Positions 50,591 through 61,185 of a stretch of 64,000 nucleotides of DNA are shown one piece after another. The position numbers were made by a program, and so were the translations under genes. How positions within the stretch are numbered: position 1 is the first letter of the stretch; every line of letters starts with the position of its first letter. The stretch is from a virus. Its lineage: Duplodnaviria; Caudoviricetes. The notes beneath the pieces were generated by a model. It was given only the letters and a program-made list of their open reading frames with translations. It made no database searches and had not been told where the DNA came from. The DNA lies in the IMG/VR virus record IMGVR_UViG_3300033068_000943, positions 29,336 through 93,335 of that record. One strand, written 5' to 3'.

Positions 50591-51183
50591 TATTTTGCCT
50601 CCACAGGCGGCTCAGACGGCGCAGGGCTGGTTTTTTCGGATGGTCGGCTACCCCTGTAGCCAGCCCCCCTAAAGCGGCTCGCAAACGTGAATTCTGAGCC
50701 GGAGCGGCGTACCGTTGGCGGCGCGTAACACTTCTGCACGTGAAACGTGCAAAACGACATTCCCTCAACCGCCGCGTTCGGACAGTACCCATGGTCGCGC
50801 TCGTGTGGATGCCCGTAGATGTACCGGCAGCTCTTCGCTTCGAGATCGGCGAATGCAAGCAGTCGGTCCGGGCGCACATCCTCCGGAACCGGAGGCGCCG
50901 ACTCGAAACGCGCGACCGCACGCCGAGGCGGCTTTGCCGCATGCGACGCTCCGCCGTGCAGCGTAGAGCCCGGCGTTTTTGGCTGTGCCGCACGGCGCCG
51001 CACGTTTCGCACCGGCTGCCGGCTCGCCGACTGTTTTATGCCGAGCCGATGAGCCTTCCCCAGCACGGCGTTCTTGGTCGCGCCGCCGCCAATGCGCGCA
51101 GCGATATCCTTGAACGACAGCCCCTCCCCCAAAAGCGCTTTCAGCGCCGCTTCCCGTTCGTCCGTCCAAAACGTGTCCCGCAT
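50590..51183 (-). CDS. gcrA: GcrA-like cell-cycle regulator
   Basis: WTDER..L..L.EGLS..IA..IGG.TKNAVLGKAHRLG; C-terminal L..L...CRYIYG..YC..FC.FH. Confidence 0.85.
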   Translation of the reverse strand: MRDTFWTDEREAALKALLGEGLSFKDIAARIGGGATKNAVLGKAHRLGIKQSASRQPVRNVRRRAAQPKTPGSTLHGGASHAAKPPRRAVARFESAPPVPEDVRPDRLLAFADLEAKSCRYIYGHPHERDHGYCPNAAVEGMSFCTFHVQKCYAPPTVRRSGSEFTFASRFRGAGYRGSRPSEKTSPAPSEPPVEAK

Positions 51184-51200
51184 TCCCGCATCCTCCCCAG

Positions 51201-51764
51201 CTATTCGCCAAGCACGTCTTTCGCCAACTCGTCCTGTCGCGCCAGCATCGACAAGCCGAGCGCCATCCATTCCCGCTTGCACCAAGCCGGCTCATCCGAT
51301 TTGAGCCAAGCCATGGTCTCATGCAAATCGGCTGCCGCCTGTTTCACCCCCGGAATCTCCGCCACGGACGGCAGCCGTCCATGGCGAAGAGCGAAATTAT
51401 GCAGCGCTCCGATCCAGCCGTTGCGCGCGGCATCCCGCCCGATCGAGGTGCGCATCATCTCGCGGGCGAGACGTTGGCGCTCCGGCGACGACGCATCGAC
51501 GCCCTTGGGCGCATCGATGGGAAGACTGGCGCGGCGCTCGTCTGCCGCCACCTCTGCGCAAACCTTGCGGATTTCTGCCGGCAGCGGAAACCGCCGATCC
51601 GTGCGCGTGTCCACGATGTGCTGCGCCGCGCGGCGCAGCACGGCACCCTCGTAGTGCTTGATCGTCGCGATCAGCGAGCCGAGCCATTCGCGCTCGCGCG
51701 CCTCGCTGTCGTGACGCACCGGGAAGTGCATCACCAGCGTTGAAATAAATTCTGATGCGTTCAC
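51201..51764 (-). CDS. Replication-associated protein (possible helicase loader)
   Basis: Directly after the initiator; FPLPAEIR motif. Confidence 0.5.
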   Translation of the reverse strand: MNASEFISTLVMHFPVRHDSEAREREWLGSLIATIKHYEGAVLRRAAQHIVDTRTDRRFPLPAEIRKVCAEVAADERRASLPIDAPKGVDASSPERQRLAREMMRTSIGRDAARNGWIGALHNFALRHGRLPSVAEIPGVKQAAADLHETMAWLKSDEPAWCKREWMALGLSMLARQDELAKDVLGE

Positions 51765-51765
51765 G

Positions 51766-53049
51766 TCACCCTCCATTTTTCGCGTCGAGAATTTCACGCC
51801 CCATTCGGGCAAACCGCTCGGCCTGCGTCTCGACCTTGCCGTCGCCCTTCTCCGGGGTCACTTTGCGCACGTAGGCGCGAACCTTGCGCTCGTCCTGATC
51901 GCTCCACTCCGTCTGCCGCGTGAAGTAGGCTCGGACTGCCTTGCGCAAGGCGAGGCCCTTGAGATCGATCGAAACGGACCCGCCCACCTTGTCGAGCGTG
52001 CGCCGCAGCCGCCCCTCGTCGCCGTCGACGAGCTTGAGCAGATCGGCCCGGAAGCCGTTCGCGACCATTAGACGGTCCTCGTCGAACCAGCAGCTTTCGT
52101 CGGCGCCTGCGAGCGCCTTCTGGCGGATCGCCTCGTGTTGCGCCGTAACGAGCGCCATCGCCGTTTCGTTCCGCTTGCGCAGCATCATGTGCAGGCGGTC
52201 GTTGCGCTCGGGCGCCCCGAACGGGGTCTTGTCGCGCGCAAACTCGCGGGCCAGGAACCGATCGGCGCTGACCAGCTCGGCCAGGATGTCGAGATGGGAA
52301 TAAATCTGCCGGAAGCCGGCGATGTCGACCGCCGTGAAATGCTCAAACGCCGTCCCCGAAAATGATCCGTCTTCGTGAATCGTAAAAGCCCTCGGGCTCG
52401 CGCCCGCGTCCGCGCGTGTCTCTCCCTGATGATGATGGAGTCTAGATTGATGAGAGTCTTTAGTACCCCCCCTATAGTCCCCCCCATTCGCATCTTGTGT
52501 CCGGCTGGCGGACACAACGGGTATTTGATCATCGTTCTTGTGGTCAGCTAGGCGGCCACAAGAGTTTGTGTCCGCCGTAGTGTCCGCCGTAGTGTCCGTC
52601 TGGCGTGCCACAACGGTTGTGTCCGCCGTAGTGTCCGGCATAGTGTCCGCCACGCGGACACTATCTCTGACCACTGTTCTTGTGTCCGCCGTAGCGTCCG
52701 CCACCCGGCCATTACTTCCGGATTTGAGGGCGCCCACCGCGTCCGCGATGACGCCTTGCAGCTCGAAAAGAGCCTTGGCGCGACCCTGCCCCCACTGTAC
52801 CCGGATGTAGATTTCGAGTTCATCCAAATGCTCAAGAATGGCCGTCCGGCCCCACCCCGTGATCCGTTCAAGATCGCGCGCGGAGAGCTTCGCGGTGTTC
52901 GTCGCGGGGTCAGACAGATGGTAGATCACCAGCGCTAGATGCTGGCTGATCCGCGTCACCTGTCCCGACCTTAGAATGACGAATAGCCACTCATCGCGGG
53001 TCATTCCATTGTGGCCGATTCCGGCATTGTGTCCGATGCCGTCTGTCAT
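51766..53049 (-). CDS. Replication initiator (lambda O-like architecture)
   Basis: N-terminal winged HTH (LSARDLERITGWGRTAI); central TADT repeats from iterons. Confidence 0.65.
   Translation of the reverse strand: MTDGIGHNAGIGHNGMTRDEWLFVILRSGQVTRISQHLALVIYHLSDPATNTAKLSARDLERITGWGRTAILEHLDELEIYIRVQWGQGRAKALFELQGVIADAVGALKSGSNGRVADATADTRTVVRDSVRVADTMPDTTADTTVVARQTDTTADTTADTNSCGRLADHKNDDQIPVVSASRTQDANGGDYRGGTKDSHQSRLHHHQGETRADAGASPRAFTIHEDGSFSGTAFEHFTAVDIAGFRQIYSHLDILAELVSADRFLAREFARDKTPFGAPERNDRLHMMLRKRNETAMALVTAQHEAIRQKALAGADESCWFDEDRLMVANGFRADLLKLVDGDEGRLRRTLDKVGGSVSIDLKGLALRKAVRAYFTRQTEWSDQDERKVRAYVRKVTPEKGDGKVETQAERFARMGREILDAKNGG
52568..52702. repeat. Iteron-like direct repeats GTGTCCGCCGTA; probable origin
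   Basis: About 8 full or partial copies inside the initiator, next to a lower-GC tract at 52430-52480. Confidence 0.7.
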
Positions 53050-54769
53050 GCCGCCCTCCGTAGCAATCTCCCCGTGCCGAACGGCGCCCTTGCGCGCGCC
53101 CGGCAAATCGCCTATATCGCGTCTTGTCGATAGCAACGCGGCTCCCTCCGTCGCGACGCTGTTGTGGTCTGGCTTGGTCGTCGGAACACATGACGTCTAC
53201 CTGAATGGCCGCCGGCTGGTCCCCGGCGGCCATTCGCTTTTTGGCGATACTCACGAGATCAAGACCACTGTGCCGTTACCCGACCACGCCGAGCCGTTGC
53301 CCGTCCATTCCAACCATGGCCACGCGGGCCGCGGCGGAACAAGCGACGGGCTCGACGGAACGGCCCAAACGGGGGCAATGCAAGGCGCCGCCGGCACGGT
53401 GGTCTCGATCTCGTCAACCTTGGCCTGGATCAGCGCCCATTGAGCCGGCGTCGGGCACCCGTCGAGCGCGGAACAAAAGCCGGCGAACCACGCCTTGAAC
53501 TCGGCTGCTGTCATGCAATCCCCCTGCTGGATACAGTTGCGTCATGAGTGACGTGAGTCGGCGATGGCCGGCAAGCGGGGGCGCCCCCCATGGCCGCGCA
53601 CGCCGTTGCCGAAAGAACACATCCCGCAGAGCATCGCGGGCGCCCCAGTTGACGACCGTCATGCTGCTGCCTCCGACGTGACGTGCACAGGCTCCGGGGC
53701 CGGCAGCGGCGCGCGCAGAACCCATTGCGTCCGCCGTCCGTCCCGGCGTGCCGATCTGGACACGCCATCGCCCTCGACAACCTCCTTGTCGACGCCCGGC
53801 AAGCGCTTCAAGAACTTGCGGAGCGTGTTTTGCGATATCGGCGCGTGCCCGATTAGAGTTGTATGTAAAATGTATAGCTCCCGAAGGGCGTCCGAGTCGT
53901 GCCCCTGCCCGGATCGGCCCGTTTCAATGATCCACGCTACGAACCGCCGCGCCGCGTCGTGTGGCGCCAAAGGCGGGGCGAGCGCCGCCGCAGGCTTGGC
54001 CAAAGGTTTTTCGGGCGCTGGCCAACCTTTGGCGCCACACTGGCCAAAGTTTGGCCACGGCTCCGTGGCCAAAGAGCAAGATATTGATTTGTCTGCCGAA
54101 AACCTTTGGTCATCGGCGGCCAAAATTTCGTGTGCTGAATTTTGGCCGCCCGCAAAGTTTGGTCGGCGACTGGCCAAACTTTGCGGGCGGGAAGCGGACG
54201 GCGGGGCGGCGGGCGCATCCGGCGTATCGGACGACGGGAGCCAACCAGCTAGGGCACAGACTTCCGCATACAACTCGACGGACGGCTCGGCACCCTGCTC
54301 GATGCACCACACCGCGAATGTCTCCAGGCTGGAATCGGCCGGCAAAAGGTGTGGCCACCGCGCGAAGGCCCGGCGTGCCGCCGAGCACGCCGCAGCGGGA
54401 TCACGCGGAATCGGCGCAGATGGCGCCGGCCGTCGCCTCCAGGGTTGTAGAACGCGAAGCCACCGCCACATGCGGCCACTCCCTTGTTGGATGCCACAAC
54501 GCATCGTTGTGCGCCGCCCATGCGACGACATCGCTCAACAAGCCAGATGCGAGGTGCCGCGCCTGCTCAGCGGTATCGTCGCCCGATACACGAGACATGA
54601 CGCGGAGGTGGCGGAAGGGGCGCCGGGACGAAACAAAGCCTCCTGATGCAGGACGCCGCGGTCTGCCCACCGCAAGCGCGCCTGATCGAAAGATGGCATT
54701 CTGCCGGCGACATGGCGAGAAAGTCAAGACGGCAGTTTGTGTGTATGCAACTCTTTGGCGTGTGCAGCG

Positions 54770-55003
54770 CTATTTGGGGCGCCTCCGGTACGGCCGACGC
54801 GGGGATGGCCGCAAGATAATATCGCTCGCCGTCACGCGACCGACCGATAGCTCCTCAATGATTCGGTAATGCTCCGGGTTTGCCGGGCGGTATCGACCCG
54901 TGATCCAGCGGCGCACAGTGTGCCCACTCACGCCCAGCTTCGAGGCGAGCCAATCCGGCCCCTCGCCGATGTCTGTCAGCCAATCGCGAAGCGACATGCT
55001 CAT
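54770..55003 (-). CDS. Cro-like HTH protein
   Basis: LRDWL..WLASKLGVSGHTVRRWITG.YRP..I..LS.G.VT. Confidence 0.75.
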   Translation of the reverse strand: MSMSLRDWLTDIGEGPDWLASKLGVSGHTVRRWITGRYRPANPEHYRIIEELSVGRVTASDIILRPSPRRPYRRRPK

Positions 55004-55009
55004 GGACCG

Positions 55010-55090
55010 CATATACGGCGCGCTTGCCGACCCGTCAATGTACGTTTGGCGTCTTTTGCGGTTGACACATGGCCGTCCAGCGTCCATATT
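55010..55090. promoter_or_regulatory. Divergent promoter pair at the replication/recombination switch
   Basis: - strand TTGACG(55038)-N17-TATATG; + strand TTGACA(55062)-N17-CATATT. Confidence 0.65.
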
Positions 55091-55884
55091 CATGGCGCCG
55101 GCATGACCCCCGGCAGCCGACGACCCGGCCGACGCATCCTCGGCCGTCAGACTGCACCACGGGCGCGCATTATGTTCTCAACACGTTTATTGACAAACAT
55201 ACAGAATCGTCTGCGAGCCTGCCCGTGCTTGCGGATGATCGGCTCCGCTCGGATCGAAGGGATGCGGGGAATTCGAGCGGAGCCGTCGATCGTTTGACGG
55301 CTTAACGGGAGACGGGCGTGGACATCGGATTTTGGATTGCGGTTTGGCTTTACGTGGCGAGCTTGGTGCATCATACCATCGCTGCGCGGCGCATGAATCA
55401 GGGCCGCCGTGCAGCCCGATTTGCGCTGCGATGCAACGTCGCTTTTCTTGATCTGCTTCGGGCTCGCAACGACATCGCCGACATCGCCGACCTTGTCGAT
55501 CGCGGCGACGAAGACGAAGCCCTGCACGCCCGCATGGAAGCCGAGGAAAACTATCTTATGGCCGTAGATGAGGCGTTTGAGCAAGATGCGTGACCTGTCC
55601 CCCCTTCTAACCAAGTACCACGCGGGCGATGCTCTCACCGACGAGGAGCTTGCGACGCTGCTGCAAGAGGTGACAACCCTTTGCGACGCAACGGCAAAGT
55701 TTGGTCCGGTCGCCTATACACTTTATATGTACGCGAACACCGTTAGGGTTACGTTGCAGGGCTTTGCGCGATCCCGCCGGGACCGCGTCAAACGGCCTGC
55801 GACCACCCCCCTGTCGATCACACGCAAGGGGCGCGATGAGGGCGGCGAGGAATAGCACACGACTCACGGGCACAGGAGCGCGCA

Positions 55885-57009
55885 ATGACCGATACGGACG
55901 CACTGATTGCAATCTACAGGGGAGAGGCGATTCCGGCCGACGATCTGGCCCGCATCCTCAAAACCCAATTTGCATGGTGGAAGGGCGCGCTTGATCGCAA
56001 AGACACGCCCCTGTCCGATGACGGAACGGCGCGCTCCGGGTTCTACTTCGGCAAGGCGTCGCGCAATGGCGGGCGCATCCCCGTCGCCATCTGGATCGGG
56101 ACGGACGGAAAGCTGCGGTGCCGCGTCGGCAGCAAATTGGCGGCCCGAGACTTTGAGCCCGCGCGCGTTCTGGAGCAGTGGCCGTTTTGGTTCCCCAACC
56201 CCACATCGCGGCAGGACTACATGGCCGCCTACGACACGGGGCGCTGGCCGGACGGAACGCCGACAACGGACCCGACCAAGCCGGCGACTGCGCTCCACGG
56301 GTCAAATGCCTCCAGCGACCCGATCGATCAGCTTCGCACTGAGATCGACGACAAACTCGCGAGCGCCGAGCGCTGGTTGCAAGGGCATCCGGAAGTCACA
56401 TCGGACACCGAGTCCAACTACGCGACAAATCTGCACAGAGAGCTGACGGCTCTCTTGAAGCGCGCCGATGAGATGCGTGATGAGGCTATCAAGCCCTATT
56501 CCGACAAGATCAAAGAGGTGGATCGAGGGTTCGAGTTCCGCATCGATGCCAAGGTCAAGGCGCGCTCGCTCGGCGCGGCGCTGAAAGCGCTTTACGAACG
56601 CTACATGGTGTCCAAGGAGGCGCGCGCCCGCGCCGAGGCAGCCGCCGCGTTCGAGGCTCGCCGCAAGGCGGCCGAGGCGGAGCGCGCAAGGGTTGAGGCC
56701 GACAGAGCAAGGCTGCTCGAAGATGACCCCATCGCCGCGCTCACCTCGCCCGAACCAGAGACGCCTGAATTGCCGCTTGCTCCAGAGCCCGTCAAGGTTC
56801 AATCGGGAGGCGGCGTCGGGCGCGCGGCCGGGCTCAAGTCAGAATGGGTCGGCGATATCGAAGACTATCGCGCGTGTCTCGATTACTTTGCTGGACACGA
56901 GGCCATCAAAATCGCTCTGGAAAAAATCGTAAGGGCGGCTGTCAAGGTCGGCAAAGGATCGACCACGATCCCCGGCGTTCGCGTGACTGAGAAGCGGAGA
57001 GTCGCATGA
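55885..57009 (+). CDS. Coiled-coil recombination-module protein
   Basis: C-terminal IPGVRV motif; upstream of the annealase. Confidence 0.6.
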   Translation: MTDTDALIAIYRGEAIPADDLARILKTQFAWWKGALDRKDTPLSDDGTARSGFYFGKASRNGGRIPVAIWIGTDGKLRCRVGSKLAARDFEPARVLEQWPFWFPNPTSRQDYMAAYDTGRWPDGTPTTDPTKPATALHGSNASSDPIDQLRTEIDDKLASAERWLQGHPEVTSDTESNYATNLHRELTALLKRADEMRDEAIKPYSDKIKEVDRGFEFRIDAKVKARSLGAALKALYERYMVSKEARARAEAAAAFEARRKAAEAERARVEADRARLLEDDPIAALTSPEPETPELPLAPEPVKVQSGGGVGRAAGLKSEWVGDIEDYRACLDYFAGHEAIKIALEKIVRAAVKVGKGSTTIPGVRVTEKRRVA

Positions 57010-57214
57010 TGCTCCACGACATTCTTCCTGACGTCCCGTGGAAAAGTTGGGCGTTGTTTCTGGCGGGCATGGTCTGCGGCCGGGCCGGGCTCGACTCGTG
57101 GTTCGCGCTCGCCGCAGGCGGCGTGATCGGAGCTGGGGTTGGCGCGCAAATCATTCGGGGCCACATTGCGTCGTCGAACGTTGTTGTTATGCCGAAGCGC
57201 ACAAGGAAAGCCGC

Positions 57215-58078
57215 ATGACACAGATCGCAACGAGCAACGGACTGATCGAGCAGGACGTCATCAAGGCCATTGCGCGGACCTACGGATTGAGCGCGGCGGC
57301 CTTCGCGTTGACATTCCGCACCGTGGCGATGCCGCAACCGCACACCGAGCCAGAATTCATGTCGTGCATCCTCGTGGCGCGTGAGCACGGGCTCAATCCG
57401 CTCACCAAAGAAATCTATTTCATGCGCACCAAAGCTGGCGCGATCCAGGCGATCGTTTCCGTCGACGGCTGGATCAAGAAATGCAACGAGCATCCGAGCT
57501 TCGACGGCCTCGAAATCGCGGACGCGACGGACGCCAAGGGCAATGTCGTCTCCATGACGATTTCGATCTACCGGAAGGATCGAAGTCGTCCGACGACGTT
57601 GACTGAGTACATGGACGAGTGCGCCGCGAGCGGTGGCGCTGTGTGGAAAACGTCGCCCAAGCGCATGCTGCGCAACCGCGTGATCTGCCAGGGCTCGCGC
57701 GTGGCGTTCGGATTTGCGGGGCTCATGGCGCCCGATGAGTTCGAAGCATGGCAGACGGCCGAATCCGTTCGCGACAGCATTCCGCCCGATCCAGACGATA
57801 TCGTCGCAACTGATCCCGCCGCCGCCAGCATCAAGACGGACGGCCCACAGCAGATGGCCAGCGACGCCGAGCCGTCCAGCCCCGATGCGATCGTCGACGA
57901 CCCGCCGTTGCCAGACGCGGAAGCTCAGCGCGCCATCGCAAACCTGCGTGACGAGCTGGAGAACGTGACCGATGAGCCCATTCGTCTCGAAATCTGGGAG
58001 AATTACGCATCGTTGTTCGACCGCATGAGCGATCGGATGCGCCGGCAGGCGGAAGCCGTGTTCGATGGGCGACTGTAG
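57215..58078 (+). CDS. bet: Single-strand annealing protein (Bet/RecT family)
   Basis: GLNPLTKEIYF..VSVDGW..N.HP.FDG..W...PKRMLR..R.AFG. Confidence 0.9.
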   Translation: MTQIATSNGLIEQDVIKAIARTYGLSAAAFALTFRTVAMPQPHTEPEFMSCILVAREHGLNPLTKEIYFMRTKAGAIQAIVSVDGWIKKCNEHPSFDGLEIADATDAKGNVVSMTISIYRKDRSRPTTLTEYMDECAASGGAVWKTSPKRMLRNRVICQGSRVAFGFAGLMAPDEFEAWQTAESVRDSIPPDPDDIVATDPAAASIKTDGPQQMASDAEPSSPDAIVDDPPLPDAEAQRAIANLRDELENVTDEPIRLEIWENYASLFDRMSDRMRRQAEAVFDGRL

Positions 58079-58197
58079 CAACAGCGGTCGAATCGGCAAG
58101 TGATTTGTGGGCCATCTTGGCTTAGAGATGTTGACGCGACGCCAGCGCGGCCAGATGCTTGGGATGGACCACTCTGTTGCTTAGAAAGGCGAGGATC

Positions 58198-58503
58198 ATG
58201 AGCATGATAATTCCTACTGATCTCTCAAGTAGAGAAGGGGAAGAACGCTTCGAGCGCGTGAGCGCCGACACGTCACCAACGTGTCGGAATTGCAAACACA
58301 TGAAGTCATTGTTTGTTCGCCATCCTCTCGGCCGGGCCTTGTCTTTTGCAGAAAAGCATGGTTTCAAACGAGCGCCCGAGACCGGCCAAACGCGCGTTCC
58401 CGGCAAGGGCGTCTGTTTTGAGCCTACACTGCGGAACGCTTATCCGACCGTGTTTCATGTCGCTGACCTCATGGTATGCTCAATGTGGGCGCCAAATGAC
58501 TAA
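58198..58503 (+). CDS. Small 4-Cys protein
   Basis: CRNCKH..GVC..VCSMW. Confidence 0.5.
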   Translation: MSMIIPTDLSSREGEERFERVSADTSPTCRNCKHMKSLFVRHPLGRALSFAEKHGFKRAPETGQTRVPGKGVCFEPTLRNAYPTVFHVADLMVCSMWAPND

Positions 58504-58649
58504 TGACGACATAAGTCCGGATCTATCTTGTTGGACGATTCATGTTGAAATCAGCCAACATGAAACATACATGCTAATCGCATTAGCGCCCGCGACGCCC
58601 CATGCCGTTCTGACTGCGTGACGACCAACAACAACACCTCGGAGGCACT

Positions 58650-59540
58650 ATGCTGACCAAACTCGACATCGTTGCGCCCGCACCGCCGACGTCGGCCATC
58701 CCGGTCGGGAGCGGCATGGCCCTGGAAGTGCTGACAGTCACGCCCACGATCGCAAGCGCATGGCTCGACACGAACGTGCTCAATCGCGCCGCGAAATCGA
58801 GCGTTGTGCAGCAATACGCCCGCGACATGAAGTCGGGGCATTGGAAGTTGACCGGCGACCCGATCCGCTTCTCGCGCGAGGGGCAATTGCTCGACGGCCA
58901 ACACCGTCTCAAGGCGTGCGTGGCCGCTGATGCCCCGTTCGTGTCGTTCGTACTGTATGGCGCGGACTCCTCTATTCGGGAATACATCGACATCGGTAAG
59001 CCCCGCTCGGTGCGCGACATCTTGGTGATGGACGGCCATCATCAAGCCGCGGCGACGACGGCGGCGGCAACCGTCTTGTGGCGTCTGAGCCGCGATGAAA
59101 ACCCCGGCGGCCGATCAACCAAGCCGTCACCGCATGAAATACTCGACATCATCGGGAAGAACGCGCTTTTGGTCCGCTCAGTTGAGTTGAGCAAGCGTGC
59201 ACGGGGCGTGTCGAAGCCGATGCTTTCGGCCATTCACTACATTGGCGCGTCCGTTCTGAAGAAAGGCGAATTGGCCGATCAATTCGTCGACGTATTCGTC
59301 GGCGGCGTCCCGGCCTACGACGGCGACCCGGCGCAGCTTTTTCGAGAGCGCGGCCTGCGAGACTCACTTGTAACCGGGTCCAACCGGAGTCGGCACTGGA
59401 TCGGCCTCGTGCACTGCTGGAATCTGTTCTCCCGCCGCGAACCGCTCGAACAATTTCGAATGCCGCACTCGGCCTCTATCATCGGGTTCAAGCCGGATGC
59501 GCTCACGGAACGACCCCGCGCGGCGCCTAAATCGAAATAA
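58650..59540 (+). CDS. ParB/DGQHR-like domain protein
   Basis: NR..V..YARDM..G.W..TGDPI.F..G.LLDGQHRL.A. Confidence 0.8.
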   Translation: MLTKLDIVAPAPPTSAIPVGSGMALEVLTVTPTIASAWLDTNVLNRAAKSSVVQQYARDMKSGHWKLTGDPIRFSREGQLLDGQHRLKACVAADAPFVSFVLYGADSSIREYIDIGKPRSVRDILVMDGHHQAAATTAAATVLWRLSRDENPGGRSTKPSPHEILDIIGKNALLVRSVELSKRARGVSKPMLSAIHYIGASVLKKGELADQFVDVFVGGVPAYDGDPAQLFRERGLRDSLVTGSNRSRHWIGLVHCWNLFSRREPLEQFRMPHSASIIGFKPDALTERPRAAPKSK

Positions 59541-59579
59541 GCTCTCTTTTACGTCTGGGTCGATACTGGAGTTGCGTGC

Positions 59580-60041
59580 ATGCGGCCATGCCCAACGTGC
59601 GGCCATCTCGCCGCGTCCCGATCTCACAAAGATCATGCGTTCCTGTTCCGTGTGATCGGGGTTGCTGCGCAAATGTGGCCCGAAACACATCCGTTTCAAC
59701 CCTCGGGCGGGTCGGCTTCGGAGCGCGCCGAAAATCTTCGCGGCTGGCTTCTTGTTGAAGCCGACTGGACGGACAGCACCGACATTTTTGTCGAAGATGG
59801 GGACGATCCTCAAACCATCGTCCGCGTCATCCGGCAGGCCCGGCAACTTCTTGAGGGCTCGACAAGATATATGCGGATGCGGCAAATTCACGGAGGGGTC
59901 CGCATTATACGGCCTCGCTCGCTCGATTACGCCACGGCGGATAAACGGCAGTTTCAGGAAGTACGCCGCCGCATATTCGAGATCGTCGAGACGACGATCG
60001 GCGCAAGCGTGGACGCGATGCGGAGCGCCCCAGTCAGTTAG
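59580..60041 (+). CDS. NinB/DUF1367-like protein
   Basis: RS..DH..F..WPE.H.FQP..LR.WLL..P.SL.Y..F pattern; recombination context. Confidence 0.5.
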   Translation: MRPCPTCGHLAASRSHKDHAFLFRVIGVAAQMWPETHPFQPSGGSASERAENLRGWLLVEADWTDSTDIFVEDGDDPQTIVRVIRQARQLLEGSTRYMRMRQIHGGVRIIRPRSLDYATADKRQFQEVRRRIFEIVETTIGASVDAMRSAPVS

Positions 60042-60312
60042 CTCCATGGAGTAGCGTTATGCATACGGACGTGTTTCGTGTCTCAGTTCGAGGCGTCAGG
60101 CTCATGGTCGTGCGAGACATTAAAGGCCCCGGACGCCCTGCAACGTCAGTCCACGTAATCGGCCAAGACCGACTACCGACCGATGCCGAGCGCCGCGAGG
60201 CGCGGGCGGCCATCACGGGGCGACGATCAACGTGGACGACAACCAAGCTCGTTCGCGAGATACGACAGCGCGGCTGACGGCACGATCGGACGACCAAGCC
60301 AGGAGGGGGTAT

Positions 60313-61164
60313 ATGGACGATGCGATGATCAGCGTTGAGCGGATGACCCGCGACATTCGCGCGGCGGCGATGACGCTCACGGCGCGCGAGGCACGATTCC
60401 TCGTCGACGCTTATTATCAGATGCAGGAAGACAGGCTTCGCGCGGCATCTCGCGTGGACCGCATGGAAGAATCCGGCGAGCCTCACGCCACGATCTCGTG
60501 GCTCAATGCCCAGTCCAGCACGCTTGAGCAGCAGATCAAGGGGGCTCTCGATCGGTATTCCGGCGCGCACCCGGTCGGCATATGGGCGCGCAGCATCAAG
60601 GGGATCGGGCCGGTCCTGTCGGCGGGATACCTCGCCAATCTCGACATCACGCGGGCGCCGACTGCGGGACATTTCTGGGCGGCGTGCGGGCTTGTCCCCG
60701 GCCGGGATCGCCGCAAACGCGGTGTCAAGATCGAGGGGATGTGGAACCCGGCCCTGAAGCGGCTGGCCTTCCTGACCGGCGAGAGCTTCAAGCGTCTGAG
60801 CCCAGACGATGAGGACGCTTTTTACCGGCGCATCTACGACAAGCGCAAGGCGTATGAGGTGGCCAAAAACGAGGCCGGCGACTACGCGGATCAAGCCGCG
60901 GCAGCGTTGAAGGAAAAAGACTACGGCAAAGACACCAAGGCCCTGACGTTTTACGCAGCGGGAAAGCTCCCGCCCGCGCATATCGATCGGCGTGCCGCAC
61001 GCTACGCCGCCAAGTTGTTTCTCGCCCATCTCCATGAGGTTTGGTGGCGTCACGAGCATGGGACCGCGCCACCCTATCCTTACCCCATGCCTTACGCCGT
61101 GGCGCACATGGGGCACGGTCATAAGATCAATCCGCCGCAGATGCCAGACGCGCCCACGTCTTAG
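60313..61164 (+). CDS. TasA-like Nop/IS110-C-terminal-domain RNA-binding protein, no nuclease domain
   Basis: AGGAGG SD; coiled-coil then SIKGIGPVLSA..FWAACGLVPG..WNPALK..Y..RK..H..A.R..AKLFL..L; no RuvC (DEDD) or HNH motif seen. Confidence 0.8.
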   Translation: MDDAMISVERMTRDIRAAAMTLTAREARFLVDAYYQMQEDRLRAASRVDRMEESGEPHATISWLNAQSSTLEQQIKGALDRYSGAHPVGIWARSIKGIGPVLSAGYLANLDITRAPTAGHFWAACGLVPGRDRRKRGVKIEGMWNPALKRLAFLTGESFKRLSPDDEDAFYRRIYDKRKAYEVAKNEAGDYADQAAAALKEKDYGKDTKALTFYAAGKLPPAHIDRRAARYAAKLFLAHLHEVWWRHEHGTAPPYPYPMPYAVAHMGHGHKINPPQMPDAPTS

Positions 61165-61185
61165 CCAGCCATTAGCCAACCCGCA

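Noticed and set aside
60232-61164. Active IS110 transposase
   Set aside because: No N-terminal DEDD/RuvC domain, and the gene is embedded in a phage operon with an array rather than IS ends.
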